DNA from: Octopus sinensis
Lineage: Eukaryota
Assembly (NCBI RefSeq): GCF_006345805.1
Contig: NC_042999.1
Coordinates: 82,150,001 to 82,214,000 of the forward strand
Length of the DNA stretch: 64,000 nt
Direction of reading: 5' to 3'
Translations under genes and position numbers: made by a program
Part shown: in pieces, positions 16,225 through 29,272 of the stretch
Numbering within the stretch: position 1 is the first letter of the stretch
How the letters are laid out: every line of letters begins with the position of its first letter
The notes under the pieces: generated by a model
Seen by the model: the letters and a program-made list of their open reading frames with translations, nothing else
Told to the model about the DNA's origin: nothing
Database searches by the model: none

Positions 16225-16433
16225 ATATATATGTGACCTCGTGTGTACCGTTCGCGATTTTTTCCCTCTCTCTTCCCTTCTCTGGATCTTTCCTTCTCCT
16301 ATGTTTCCGACGAAGAGCTCCGCTCGAAACGTTGAGCCCTCCTTCTTTCCTTCTTTCCTGAGCGTTCAATAATACTATATTTGTTCCACGTCCTCGCGTT
16401 GTTGTGTTTTTTTGTGCTTTCTTGTTTGGATAA

Positions 16434-16437
<4 letters not shown>
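16225..16437 (+). mobile_element. PLE pseudo-LTR (solo), same family as 32645-32850
   Basis: Collinear with 32645-32850 and carries an HHR. Confidence 0.75.
16303..16337 (+). ncRNA. Minimal type I hammerhead ribozyme (U4C variant)
   Basis: GTTT-CCGACGA-A-GAGC-TCC-GCTC-GAAAC-GTT-GAGC. Confidence 0.75.
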
Positions 16438-16464
<27 letters not shown>

Positions 16465-16471
<7 letters not shown>

Positions 16472-16680
16472 CAATTTAGGGTATCTCAGAGATACCACCA
16501 CGCTTGAAATAGCAGTCAAAACTTGACTCTAAAACCACATTAAATGTTCATACAGCATCAGGAGAGAAGACGAAGAGAAAAAATAAAATAGCAAAAAGTT
16601 ACTGGATTATTCCAGATCCCAGATTTCCCGGATTTCAAGCGTGGTGGTATCTCTTAGATACCTTTAATTATAATTTTAAA
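16465..16680. mobile_element. Non-autonomous TIR element (about 215 bp) with palindromes inside its TIRs
   Basis: About 45-bp inverted termini: AAATTACAATTTAGGGTATCTCAGAGATACCACCACGCTTGAAAT / ATTTCAAGCGTGGTGGTATCTCTTAGATACCTTTAATTATAATTT. Confidence 0.75.
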
Positions 16681-16759
16681 TAACTATTACGTTTTGAAAG
16701 TTTTTTATTTCCATGCTGGCCACCTGATAAGATCGGCATTTAAATATCGATCTTATCCT

Positions 16760-16800
<41 letters not shown>

Positions 16801-17289
16801 TTGTGCGTGCGCGCGCGCGTGTGTGTGTGTACATGCATCTGGTTGCTTGAACATAAGCGTAGATTTTCAAACTTTTTTGAATTAAATTAACTTCTCCGCT
16901 TTTCGACGATTTTTAACAGATAACTTCGTATGTATAGAAGCAAAAACGTTTGAATAACGACGACTGGAATCCTCGTGATCATGCAGCCCGTCCATTTCTT
17001 ATTTCACATATTTGGAATCACAGTGGTGGAAAACAGGCTGGCGGCTGTGTTACATGTAAATTATATATTCCATTGGTCAGTTCTCATTACATTGTGGAAA
17101 AATACATGAAGCGTTAGAGCAGGTGGGACATTAATGTCAATAAGTCATCAAGTCATTTTTATCCTGCCAGAAAAATCTGTGATTAAGTAAATGTGCGAAG
17201 TGCTTTTTATATTAATTAAAGTTTTAACGTCTGTTGGTCTGTTATAGTCGACCCTAATCTAGCTCGCCATCCTTTAAAACAGTTTATCA

Positions 17290-17720
17290 AAAGACAATAA
17301 TTCCACCACATCAGGTCATGTGTTTAGAAAAATCTATTTGGTTCTGTATACGTCACTCTTAGGAAATATGTAGGCATCACTTTAGTTTTCTTCAGATGTT
17401 TTTATAAGTCCAATACCGAAGCAGAGAAGCAAAGGTTCATTATTTTCTGAATAACTTGTTCCGAGTGAGCCTAAAGGTTACATTCATGGGGGCAACACAA
17501 ATTGCAAACTAGAATAGTACAAGTGTTGATTTATCATTGAAACGATTCAGAGTAAAGTTTACCTGTTTCGCAATAGCATACAGAGATCTCAAGATCATGA
17601 TCACTATCGTGGAATACATGAAAAATCGTAATTGCAAAGATATGGCGAATATATTTCGTAGAATCCTGTTGTAAGACTTCATACCCGTGTATGCGAGCAT
17701 CACAACTTTCCCAAAGTTCT
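17290..17720 (-). pseudogene. Degraded LINE reverse transcriptase fragment (RTE-X-like)
   Basis: ENFGKVVMLAYTGMKSYNRIL aligns by eye to NYRGISLMSIAAKVYNRIL. Downstream ILRSLY...NFTL resembles the RT region preceding FIDF. Confidence 0.55.
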
Positions 17721-18257
17721 CCGCAGTACATGCATTTATACGCAGTAATATACATCTACATACAAATATATATATATATGTGCACAAATGTGTGGGTATA
17801 TGCACGCTCTAACACGCAAACACATATATCATCATCATCATTGTTCGACCGTGGTCGAGACGCATATAATACAGAGCTTATGGTAGCTATAATTAAATAT
17901 TACTTTCCGTATGGTCATGTAAGTGGCAAGAACATTTATTTCAGTTGATCTTAATAATTTCGGCATCCAGTAGTCACGATGCGCTATAAAATTTTACTTT
18001 ATATAAAGATCTTAACAAAGCTGTTAAGTAGGATCAAAGAATTTTTAAATAATAGTTAATTTATAGTAGATAAATTACTATTGTACTGGAGTCAGTTATA
18101 TGAATAAAACTCATAAATAAAACACAATTTTTTATTAATATTCAAGCTTAATGTCATTTAGACTTGAATGTAGTCTTCAAATAGCAGCATTAGAAAAGTG
18201 TCAAAGAACTGCATTTTTATGTGCGTCTCAGTGTGTACTATTTAACCCGCGTTCTTA

Positions 18258-18467
18258 CGAAGGGGTGCTGAAAAGTTCATTGCTTTAAGGATATCGTGAA
18301 AGGTCTGGTTGACGGCCCTCACTTTTGAGTTCTTTTACAAGTCTTAGAAAAACTGAAGGACCGCTGCAATGTGTGAATCTTAGAGGGGAATATGTTGAAT
18401 AAAGTCATGATTGACTGATACCCCTGTATTTTCTTTTACACAAAGTCAGGAATTTTCCAACACTTCG
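18258..18467. mobile_element. mariner-type MITE
   Basis: TA-CGAAGGGGTGCTGAAAAGTTC ... GGAATTTTCCAACACTTCG-TA: imperfect TIRs with TA duplication. Confidence 0.75.
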
Positions 18468-18607
18468 TATATTTGGGAGAAAAGGTTATCATTAGAATCT
18501 TAACTTACGAAAACAAACTCACTGGAATCATTTTAGAATGAGCGTAACTGTAATATTAATACATTAATATGTCACTCATTGTGCCATGCTAATATTTCCT
18601 GTTACCA

Positions 18608-19045
18608 AAGGCGGCGAGCTGGCAGAAACGTTAGCATGCCGGGTGAAATGCTTAGCGGTATTTCGTCTGCCGCTACGTTCTGAGTTCAAATTCCGCCGAG
18701 GTCAACTTTGCCTTTCATCCTTTCGGCGTCTTTAAATTAAGTACCAGTTACGCACTGCGGTCGATATAATCGACTTAATCCCTTTGTCTGTCCTTGTTTG
18801 TCCCCTCTATGTTTAGTCTCTTGTGGGCAATAAAGAAATAAGAAACATTAGCACGTCGAACGAAATGCTTAGCGGTATTTCGTCTGTTTTTACGTTCTGA
18901 GTTCAAATTCCGCCGAGAACGGCTTTGCCTTTCATCCTTTCGGGTACGATAAATTAAGTACCAGTTGCGCATTGGGGTCAATCAAATCGACTGCCCCCCC
19001 CCCCACCGGAAAAATTTGAGACCTTGTGCTTAGAGTAGAAAAGAA
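18608..19045 (+). mobile_element. SINE family A: full copy (18608-18842) plus a second tandem copy with a different C-rich tail
   Basis: GGCGGCGAGCTGGCAGAAACGTTAGC head. The central block is repeated at about 18850-18990. Confidence 0.9.
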
Positions 19046-19574
19046 TATTTCCTGATGCCTCTATTACAGATAGAGACGTTCTATGAATTTCGCATTCACG
19101 TACACGCAAACCAACGAACAGGTAGTTCTATAGATGAAGAGCGAAAATCTCATTTAACTTTCAGCGTAACTAGTTCATCAAGCTTGTAGATTTTGTAGCA
19201 GTCTAGTATATATTGACACTCAAAACAATATTTGATTTCTTTCAATTTACCTTTTTGTTTTTAATTCATTCATAATGTTATGCTTTTTTTAAAATTTCTT
19301 ATCATCCTTTATCCTCTAATTTATATCTGTGATATATTTTATAATTATTTTTCTTCTCCTTCCTTTTTTAATGTTTCTTTGTACGTTTTCATGTAATTTT
19401 TCATGTACTTTTATATGTACTTTTTCATGTACTTTTTCAGCCATTTTGAGTTTATTTAGGGGATAACTACCACTGATATATATATTTGTATGTGTGTAAT
19501 ATTTAATTCTCGTCGAGTTAATCTCTTGCTATCCTGAGGTTTGCATGTGGGTGCACAAGACCCTGTGTACTCAC

Positions 19575-19649
19575 AATCGAAATTCGGCGAAGCCAGAGAC
19601 TCTACTATAGTATTGAGTTCTTTATTGCTCAGACAGTCAGCACTAAACA
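19575..19649 (-). CDS. Candidate isolated 75-nt phase-1/1 exon (FSADCLSNKELNTIVESLASPNFD), product unknown
   Basis: Minus strand reads ...cattacAG | 75 nt, open in one frame | GTGAGTac. No homolog recognised and no linked exons found. Confidence 0.25.
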
Positions 19650-20421
19650 CTGTAATGTCACTAAAAAATGTAATGTGGTGGTGGTAGTAGTAGTAGTAGC
19701 AGCAGCAGCAGCAGCAGCATTGGCAGTGGTGTTGCTGGTGGTGCTGGTAGTGTACACGAGTTATGATTCAGAAACTATACTTGGGCATGAAGACATAATT
19801 GCAGAGTTTGAGAAAAACCTATGAACGAAGCAAATCGACACTTCTTCCAATAAATAAATCACTAGATCCCAAAATAGACTCTACACTTCCTCTGGCATTT
19901 GCAATGTCATGCTCTACTTAGAATTCGATCAGTCTAAACATACATTCTAATTAAGAATGTATATTTGCTTCATAACAACTTCTATCACAGGCACGAGGCC
20001 AAATATTTAGGGAGGCGGAAACGGTCGATTTTTGAAACTTCATACGTTATTCAGTACTTTGTTTCATTGCTGGCTGTGAGACTTGAACTTAAAATATCAA
20101 GTGCCATTCAACACTTTAAACATTCTGGCAAATCACAAAACTATAAAATGTTTCACAATACGAGTGAATATGACGGTTATAAATTACATGTAAGAATAGT
20201 TGGAAGTCTGGTTACTGACTGACATAATCTTCATGATGTTTACCAGCCCTCCCGTATCGCATGTAGGTCGAATATGCTTTTCATTTCTACGATACGATCA
20301 TATATGAATATAGTATATTGATACTATATCTTTAATCTGACTTCATACAGCTTTGTATCTTCATGTATATGAAATCTTTCAGTTTATTTATTTTTTATCA
20401 AAGTGCTTTTAATTTGTTCTC

Positions 20422-20720
20422 GGAGGCACATGGCCTAGTGGTTAGAGCAGCGGACTTGCGGTCGAGGGATCGTGGATTCGAATCTCAGTCCGGACGATGT
20501 GTGTCTTTATGAGCGAAACAACTGAGCTTCACGCGACCCCGGCAGGAGGTAATTGTGAACTTCTGCTGACTCTTTCGCGACATTTTTCTCTCATTCTTTC
20601 CTCTTGCACCATGCAGCTCACCTGCGACAGACCGGCGTCCCGTCCACGTGGGGAACCTATACGCCAAGGAAACCGGGAAAGCGGCCCTTGTGAGCCAGGC
20701 ATGGCTCGAGAAGGAACAAA
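20422..20720 (+). mobile_element. tRNA-derived SINE, family D
   Basis: GGAGGCACATGGCCTAGTGGTTAGAGCAGCGG (A box) and GGATTCGAATCTC (B box). Matches the reverse complement of 58318-58603. Confidence 0.9.
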
Positions 20721-21599
20721 TGATCTTTTAGCATTATCTATTCATATTTCCTTTTAGATAATTCTATAAAACACTCTGTTCCTTTGAAAAAGTGTTTGTG
20801 TCTCGAAACCAATATTCCAAGATGACATTCCAAACATTTTTAGGGAGGATATCAAATCACTTGCAACACTTTACTGTTTGGTGAACCTGTTGTTTTGAAG
20901 AAAAGAATGAAGAATAACCAGTACTAGGAGTTGATATTCAGGCAAACCTGACTTACAAGACTTCTGATGAAAAGGATTAACAACATAGGTCATTCTTCGC
21001 GAAGAAAATTTTGAGTTTCATTTTTCCAGGGTCGATAAAATAAAACACCGACCAACTGTTGAGGTCAACATAATCGACATTTACCTTTACTTACCAAATA
21101 TTTGTCAATATTCTGTACTTTGGACAAAATATTCTACACCTATTGTATAATAATAGGTTTTAGTTTGAGAAAGATTTAGCCGATATTTTTAACGTGCGAG
21201 CGACTACACAGGGTTTTCTAAATGTATATCTCATGAGATAATGTGTAGCCAACTTAAACCAGGTCACTGAATCTGATGTGAGTAAAATATCTCCACAATT
21301 GCCCGTCAGTTTCATTAAATTTTACTCCTGACACATTCGTTTCCTATAGCAATTCGATCAAATTATATTCTTTTTATTAAATCTCAAATCTTGAACTGCA
21401 ATAGGGAAAATGTTAATTCGTCCTGTTCTTTTGTATCATACTTTTTTTTCTCCCAGAATTACGTTCTTGACAGTGTAATCTATTTTTATTGTATTTATGG
21501 TAAATGTACCAAATAGAGAAGATTCTCTTCCATTGCACTGTAATATAATATGTCACTTCAGTGACACAGACTTCGGGGAAAAGGACCGAATCTTGCTCG

Positions 21600-21646
<47 letters not shown>

Positions 21647-21698
21647 TATATATGCATGTATATATGCATATATAAATGTATGTATATAAATATATATA

Positions 21699-21732
<34 letters not shown>

Positions 21733-22267
21733 TGTATGTATATATGTATGCATATATGTATATGTATTGCTTAGTGCTGAAGTATTATTTTTTCCTAAAC
21801 CTGTCTGAAACGTTGCTGCATTTTGATTGAAATCAAGAATTTTCTTCCAATAGAATCCTATTGACACACGGACAGCCTCTCAGCACATTTCCGTTGACGT
21901 CAACGTCTTGAAAAGGGAATTATAGAAGTTCAGTACTAGCGACTTCAGTTGTTGATGTGTTTAGTGTTGTTGCTCTCCTTCTTCATCACTGCGTTATCCA
22001 TGATCGAGGAAATCGGCGGATTTGCAGATCGGGCTAATATGATGAAAGGCGTCCCAAACTTGACTATCTCGTTTATGATATAAGATTGAAATATTCTATG
22101 TGCTTTGGATGCTATTATTTCTAGCTTACTACTCAGAGGCTTGATTCATTCCTAAGTTTCTTCTAAAGGCTTTATTAAAGTGTCTCAACTTGATCTACTT
22201 CTCGTAAATAGAAAACCGGAGAAATGTATCATTCAGAATTCAACATGAAGAATCCTGTGAATTATAT

Positions 22268-22269
<2 letters not shown>

Positions 22270-22317
<48 letters not shown>

Positions 22318-22397
22318 GTAGTAGTAGTAGTAGTTGTTGTTGTTGTTGTTGTTGTGTTGTTGTTGTTGCTGTTGTTGTTGTAGTTGTAGTAGTAGTA
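22270..22397. repeat. (TAG)n/(TTG)n trinucleotide microsatellite
   Basis: Seen directly. Confidence 0.95.
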
Positions 22398-23610
22398 TAC
22401 GCTGTTACAGTGCTTCGCTGTATCTAACATTTGTTGGTGATTCCCTCCTCCTGGAAGATGACGCCTCTGCACCATTCAGGCCAAAACCTTTCAACCCATG
22501 TTTCCGTTTGGGTATTCATTGTTGGTGAGGCTGTTACGATGTCGGAGTGCAAATCCTACCTCAACCTCTTTTAGCCGTCTTTCACAACACACAGAGAAAG
22601 CTTTTGACATGCCGGCCCCACACAGCGCATATCACCGATTAATATAGTTTGGAAATGCCGGATCAAGAACAAGAGCACAATCGAAATGACCAGATAAACT
22701 GACGGAGTAATTTACCATCTAGAATCTTAAGATCTGGACTTTCTCTTATAGGATAACACAATGATTCATACTTCATATTTTGAAAAAGGAAACAATAAAT
22801 AAGCCCTATATGCACCAAGAAATGGTTTTCCTCAAAACAGCTGAATAAAATCAAAGTTGCAGAGTATGTTTTGTTTCGTAATATTTTCCTATATCTTTCG
22901 AACTTTGTGACAGCAAACCCACATAAAATATAGAATAGTCTAGGCTAGAATATTTATCAATTGAGTAGGTGATCCTTCATTTGGTATCGATGGGCAGAAA
23001 ATATGTTCAGCACGAGAGAAATTACACAATAAAAACAAAAACAAAAAAATACACGATAGTTATGGCAAGATGTGAAGAACACAAAAGAAAACAAAATTTC
23101 TCACGAAATGAACCATGTTCTGCACTTGTTATAAGAGAGAGTGTGAAATTGCCTCTGGCTAACTTTAGCGTCTGGACTAGCTCTGAAGTCAGCAGGTGCG
23201 AAACTTGACTAAATAACTAAATTTCGTTTTCCAAAGTAAGTCCTGCTAACTGGAACTTTCATTCCTTTCTTTTCTGTGTCTACTGGAATTATACAGATGT
23301 TAACCATTCTGTTTATTTGAACTGACACTTAACACCATTTTCCTTCACGCACATATTCTCTCTCAGTACACAAACACAGTCACGCGCACACACATACATG
23401 TACATATATATATGTATACACACCCATATTTAGCATAAGCGTCTATCATGATCATATATTTGATTGTATAATTTCTGTTTCAAACTCTTGAATATATTTG
23501 TAACTATTTACCTGCCCTTTCATGTCTATAATTGTTTAACTCACTATTGTGTGAGCGCCGTATATTTACATATACATGTACATAAAAATACATACTTACA
23601 TATACATATA

Positions 23611-23685
<75 letters not shown>

Positions 23686-24385
23686 TAGGGAATAACAATT
23701 CCGGCATAATAGAGGTTCTAATTATTCTCAGTGAAGAAATATATTTTAATTTAGAGATAGTATACCCCTACTTCTCACCAAATAAAAAGAATTTTTATTT
23801 TTATTTTAAATACCTACTGTTTTATTCCTTGGCAACACGCGTTTCATGAGGTATATCCTCGGGTTCCTAAACCACTCCGTGTTTCACTGGAACCCCTCTC
23901 AAGATGCCACCCCAATCACCAGGCCCTTATAACTTTATCAACGTTCAATACAATAAACTATATTTTAATTTTTAAATCCCCTAAATATGTTTAAATTAGG
24001 TATGTTTAGTTTCCCAGTACAAGCCATAATTCAGATGAAAATAAAGATAAAATAAAGATAAAAAGTTACAGAAATAAAAGTTACACGAATAAAGTAAGGA
24101 ATAATAATCATAAAAAATATACGAAAATTTACAAAAACTATGTTAGCTATATATAGTGTTCCAAATAAAATTAAATTTACAAATACCATTTTAATAATAT
24201 ATAAAAAATTGTGAATAAAAAAGAAAGGAATACAAATAAAAGTAATATTCGAGTAAAAATAAAAAACAAAAATAAAGATAGCAAGGAAAAATATACACGA
24301 ATAAAAGTTAATAAACATAGAGGAAATTACGAAGAGATAATTTCAAATAAAAGAGCTATAGTTCTAATACGAACTGCAAAATTTT

Positions 24386-24422
24386 AAGTGATACGAATGG
24401 TAACTTACCATTCGTATCACTT
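24386..24422. repeat. Perfect 18-bp inverted repeat with a 1-nt spacer
   Basis: AAGTGATACGAATGGTAA-C-TTACCATTCGTATCACTT. Confidence 0.95.
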
Positions 24423-24999
24423 GATAATTAGTATGTTTCTTTACCTCAATACTCCTTTATTAATACCAGTATATACCAATTAATCAATATTTACAGATAC
24501 CCTCTGATGAGTTAGTATTTAAGTGTACAATATGTATAAATATTAAACTATTTCTGGATAACTTCTTTTCCTCCCTGTTTTGTGGTAAAAGTTGTGTATA
24601 TCCTCAAAAGTATTCATAAATTTCTATCCTTTTGTTATAATATTCTTCTTAATAATCCTTTGAATAGCCCCAAACTTTAACTGTATACAATATATCAACA
24701 TTGTGTAAAATATTTAAGTATTGTATTACATGATAAGACTTCTACAATTACAAAGCCTTCACTTGTCCGCTGATTAACAATGGACAATTTCTCATATGAT
24801 TTATGGTTTGTGTCTAGAAGCTCAGATACTACTGAGTTACTTTCATGAAATCAATCATTGTATGTACAGAACCTTGAAATATTGACAGCTGTGGCATATG
24901 TTGTTTTAAATCTGACCAACCATGAAATATTAAGCGTTGAATTTGTAAGGATTTACGGTAAGATGCATATAACGTCGAATATACATATTTGGCAACATT

Positions 25000-25430
25000 C
25001 AACCCTTTCAGCATTTCTAACTCATTTGTTGAAAATTTTTCCTAACAACCAAATTTGAATAATTTAATGGAACCAGATGGGGATTCAACCAAATGCAGAC
25101 CCAAATAAGATTCTAATGTTAAAGAATTAACTAATATCAGGTTTATCTATCATAACAAAATCAGTAAGATGTCATTTGTCGACCACGGGTAAGTACAATA
25201 AATCTGTGCTTTCTGTTGGAGCTGTGTATCACAAAGCCAATTTCGGAAAATAGCTACAGACTGGAAAGGCCATTACTATTCATTTCATCTATGCAGACGC
25301 GCTCCAAGCTATTTCCCGTATTCCAGTCACAACTTATTCTGGCATTAAATTCGCCATAGAGGATAATTTGTTTGTCAGTTGGTATAGAAAGAATAGCGTA
25401 GCTAATAATCACGTGGAGAAGAAATAGAGT
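25000..25430 (-). pseudogene. Degraded LINE APE endonuclease fragment (RTE-like)
   Basis: IPTDKQIILYGEFNARIS...MNSNGLSSL matches the APE motif IILLGDFNARVG...MNSNG. Downstream HLTDFV resembles HLLDY. Confidence 0.75.
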
Positions 25431-25754
25431 TTTATTTTTTTTAAAGAGTTGTTGAAGAGACATAGAAAGTCACATGAGGACTATAAGATATCGCAAAGCA
25501 GATTTTAATGATCTAGTGGTTGAGATCGTATAAGTAATCTTCCTCACATTTTTTATGTTCCGGTTCACCGAACCAAAAGAAACTCGAGCCACAGCCCATT
25601 TCACGTAGTTTATATTCACTAAGAATCGTGTCTCAGAACGAGCACCAATATCGATCTTTAGCGCTTTCCCACTATTGTCTGTTGAAATGAGGGCAGTACA
25701 CACGAGCACACACACATACACACACACATATATATACGGTGGGGTGAAATCTTT

Positions 25755-25935
25755 ATATTATACTTGTTTCAATCATAGGATTTCGGCCATGTTGGGACAC
25801 CGCCAACAAGGCTTTAATCAAACAGAGTGACACCAGTACTTTTTAAACTCTAGTACTAACCTAATCGGTGTTACTAAGTAGCAGAGACCCGAACAGACCA
25901 GCACCCGTTACCAAGCGAGTGTGGCGCACAAACGC
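25755..25935 (-). mobile_element. SINE family B 3' fragment (old)
   Basis: TACTTGTTTCAATCAT...GGCCATGTTGGGACACCGCC matches the family B tail. Confidence 0.6.
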
Positions 25936-26278
25936 ATGTACAGAGATACATACATAGATATATGCACACAGAAATACATACTCACACATATACACGCACA
26001 CATACTCGCACAAACACCCCCATACACACACATAGTTATATTTTACAATAACGTTTTGAGAGGAGACTTTAAAGTGCAGTGTTCAAAACATGTTTTTTGT
26101 ATGTTCCAATTAGTATGTCTGCAGAGTACGTTCACCACTTACGGTTACCAGGCGTCATCCGCAGTAAATGAATGTTGTCGCAGGGTCTACGTAAGGAATT
26201 CCTCGGTGCACGTTTAATATATTGTATTTTAAATGATTGATGCGGATGACAGAGTGTGCTGGAAGCTTTAGTAAGCAC

Positions 26279-26379
26279 AACGATCATTTCAGCTTACTTT
26301 TGCGCTGCTCCCCTGTGGATGGAGAACGATACATTGGAATCGAATGCACCCGATAGTGCAGAAGAAATCTCTTCAAGTT
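26279..26379 (-). ncRNA. Decayed HHR with extended stem II
   Basis: AAC-TTGAAGA-...-GAAAT-G-ATC-GTT, with C3 changed to U. Confidence 0.4.
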
Positions 26380-26960
26380 CCATAAAAGGCTTCAATAATA
26401 TAAGGTGTACTTTTACTCTAATGTGTGGCAGGATGACGGTAGCATATTTATTTTTATTTGTGGCAGTCACAAATACATTAACGAGGCAAGATGATTGGTT
26501 GGTAAAGAACACAAAAATCTAATGCAAAGAATAAATGAAATAAGTAGATGAGTCTGTGTGAATATACTGAACGACATGAGTGCGTATAAATGAGGAAAAT
26601 GTGCGTATGTACATCTATTTGTGTATATATGCCCAAGTTTCCACCCGTTACGTCAGGATACTGACACAGGCCCAGCCACCAAGTCTACAGGCGTGAACTA
26701 CCACGTTGCCACGGATGACACGCACGGCGGAATAACAAAGCGCTCCACAACCTGTTGAGAACTTTTCCTTCAAAAACCCTTTCTGACCTTCCTATTCATT
26801 CTTTGCATTGGAGTTTTCTATTTTTTACCATTCCCTCAATGTACACCAGTTATCCTACCTCATTAATGTATTTGTGACTGCTATAAAACACAAGTATGCT
26901 ACCAGCGTCCTGTCACACATATTAGCGTAATGTACATCTTATAACACTGATACTCATTAT

Positions 26961-27059
26961 GTAACCTGAGGAGAATTCTTCTGCACTGTGGGGTGCATTC
27001 CATGTCAATATATCGTCCCCTCCCACAACGGAGCAGAAGTAAGCCGAAACAACCGTTAT
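26961..27059 (+). ncRNA. Decayed HHR with extended stem II
   Basis: GTAAC-CTGAGGA-gaattCTTCTGC...GCAGAAGtaagcc-GAAAC-A-ACC-GTTAT. The core is intact but the NUH triplet has decayed. Confidence 0.45.
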
Positions 27060-27566
27060 GCTTAATACGCATCAAGAACACTCTGCCTTCCGTATCAATC
27101 ATTTAAAATATATAGAAATATATATATAGCGTATTTCAGTCATTTAGGCACATAGTAAACACACACAAACACATAGACACATTCACAGACTTTCTGCCTC
27201 TCACTTTCTCGCTCTCGCTCTTCCACGCACGCACCTGTGTATGTGTGTGTGTGCGCGTGCATGGGTGTAGGTGTGTTTCTGTTAAGGGGTAGCCATGAAA
27301 CTTATATATATTTCCGTCATGGAAAGCCAGTATTTCCTCGCTCTTCACCCATGGATATTGTTTCCTTTACCTAACTTAACTCACATTCGATTTCCTAACC
27401 ATTAAGTGTCGGTCGTGAAAGGAAGATTGTTTAGATAAGTTTTTGACAGTATCCTAATGTTATCCGTCTCTGGTACTTTCTTTTATACTGTTTATAGAGT
27501 CTTGAATTGGTATATACCCTGTACTTTCATGCTACACATACTATATATATATGTGTGTGTGTTTGC

Positions 27567-27650
<84 letters not shown>

Positions 27651-27912
27651 TATCTATATATATGTACATACATATATGTATGTGTGTGTCTACATGTATG
27701 TATGTATGTATAAGAGTGTTCCATTTATAGGAATGATCCGGAGGAATAATTACAAGGTATTTAAATGTTGCTTAAGTGTCCTATGAATCAATTGTCACAC
27801 TTCTGTAGGATTTAATTCCCATGAGAAGTGAGAGATATTAAGGAGAACATAAGAAAAATTGAAAATGGAGACAACCGCTCAAGATGCTATTAAATCATTT
27901 ATATCTTCATAT

Positions 27913-27994
27913 CTTCGACATATGTTTCGATGGATGTATTCAAAATACATTGGACAACATGAATGGTCAGCAATGCATCAATCATATCGGGGAG
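27913..27994 (-). ncRNA. Decayed HHR in the 3' pLTR
   Basis: CTCC-CCGATAT-GAT...ATC-GAAAC-ATAT-GTC-GAAG: 3' half intact, 5' core mutated. Confidence 0.55.
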
Positions 27995-28096
27995 GATATA
28001 AAGAAGAGATATTTTAACAGATATAAAAACTCCAAAATATGTGACGCATATATATATATATATATGTATATGCATATACACACATACATATATGCA

Positions 28097-28164
<68 letters not shown>

Positions 28165-28609
28165 CCAGACATGTATACGTAGCTATACATACATACATAC
28201 ATACATACATACATACATACATAAACATACGTGTATAGACTTTTACGCACACATATACGCACAGGAGCATACTCACAAACACATACATACAGGAACAATA
28301 CATATATACACGCATATACATATATGGATAGCGAGGCAGTGAAGGGAACGCTAAAAATTTGAAAATGCCGTTGAGGAAATATACGTCATAGGGTGAGAGG
28401 AGTAGAGAAGGTATAGATGGAGAGAGGGAAAAGAGAAAACAAAGATAAAAGAGAGAGCGAGAGAGGAACAGGCAAAAGTGAATAGATAATAGATGAGAAG
28501 AAAAGATGAAGGGGAGAATAAGGTTTATGGGAAGTAAGAATAAAGAGCAAAAATAATTTGCAGAAATTATTATTAGGTACGGGGTAGGTACTATTTAAAA
28601 AATGCGAAA

Positions 28610-29245
28610 GATTGTTTTTTTCCAATGAGAACAACTGTAAATTCGCTTAATAAAACGCTTCGCCAGTTTATGTTTAGAAAAGTGAATAGAAAGTTGCTCG
28701 TCCTTACAGAGAGGGCAGGAATATTTCTCTTTGTCATAGGGGAATGATCTAGATAAAGTTTTCCAATCTAATGAAGAAGATTTAAGGTGCCAAATTAGCT
28801 TACTAAATCCTGTAGAATTGTGCTTATGACTCTATTTAATGCAAGAAAAGTAGTTCGCCAACCGGGATTTCAAATTCGTAGAAGATAATCCAACATTAAA
28901 TAAATTCCATAGTTCCAGAGGTGATCATGTATTAGGAAACGATATTTTTAATACGGCAGTTTCCATTGAGGATGCAAGTTTTATTCGGACCACAGTCGCA
29001 AGGTCTAATATCATTGATATTATTATTTAAGGAGAGATCATCGTTAAAATTATTGTTAATATTCTCAATGTTATTACAGTTATCAAGAGAGACATTCTGT
29101 TACCTTTTAGAATATAACTGTTATGTGATGATATAATCTACAAGAGATTACTGGTGTTAGAGAAACCAATTCTGATACGGTGTGTGTTGAAATTTGAGTG
29201 GTAGCTGGATTTTAATGGGAAAGGTCGTTTTGATGGCTGACAAAA
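28610..29245 (-). pseudogene. PLE GIY-YIG endonuclease remnant
   Basis: FPLKSSYHSNFNTHRIRIGFSNTSNL..SHN, CDCGPNKTCILNGNC, VGLSSTNLKSR, STGFSKLIWHLK, CPLC and SCSH motifs, with stops. Homologous to the ORFs at 52492-53209. Confidence 0.8.
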
Positions 29246-29272
29246 TAAATGAGGGAGGTTACTTTTCATTTG

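Larger units (their letters stand above)
26215..27115. repeat. Old inverted repeat pair (26215-26510 vs 26840-27115), probably inverted PLE pLTRs
   Basis: The arms align collinearly in reverse complement (e.g. TTAATGTATTTGTGACTGC, TTCTTCTGCACT, ATCAATCATTTAAAATA). Both carry an HHR-like core. Confidence 0.75.

Noticed and set aside
20422-20495. tRNA-like sequences at SINE heads (also 58530-58603, 32440-32520, 54151-54220)
   Set aside because: They continue into SINE bodies and lack a complete cloverleaf, so they are not tRNA genes.
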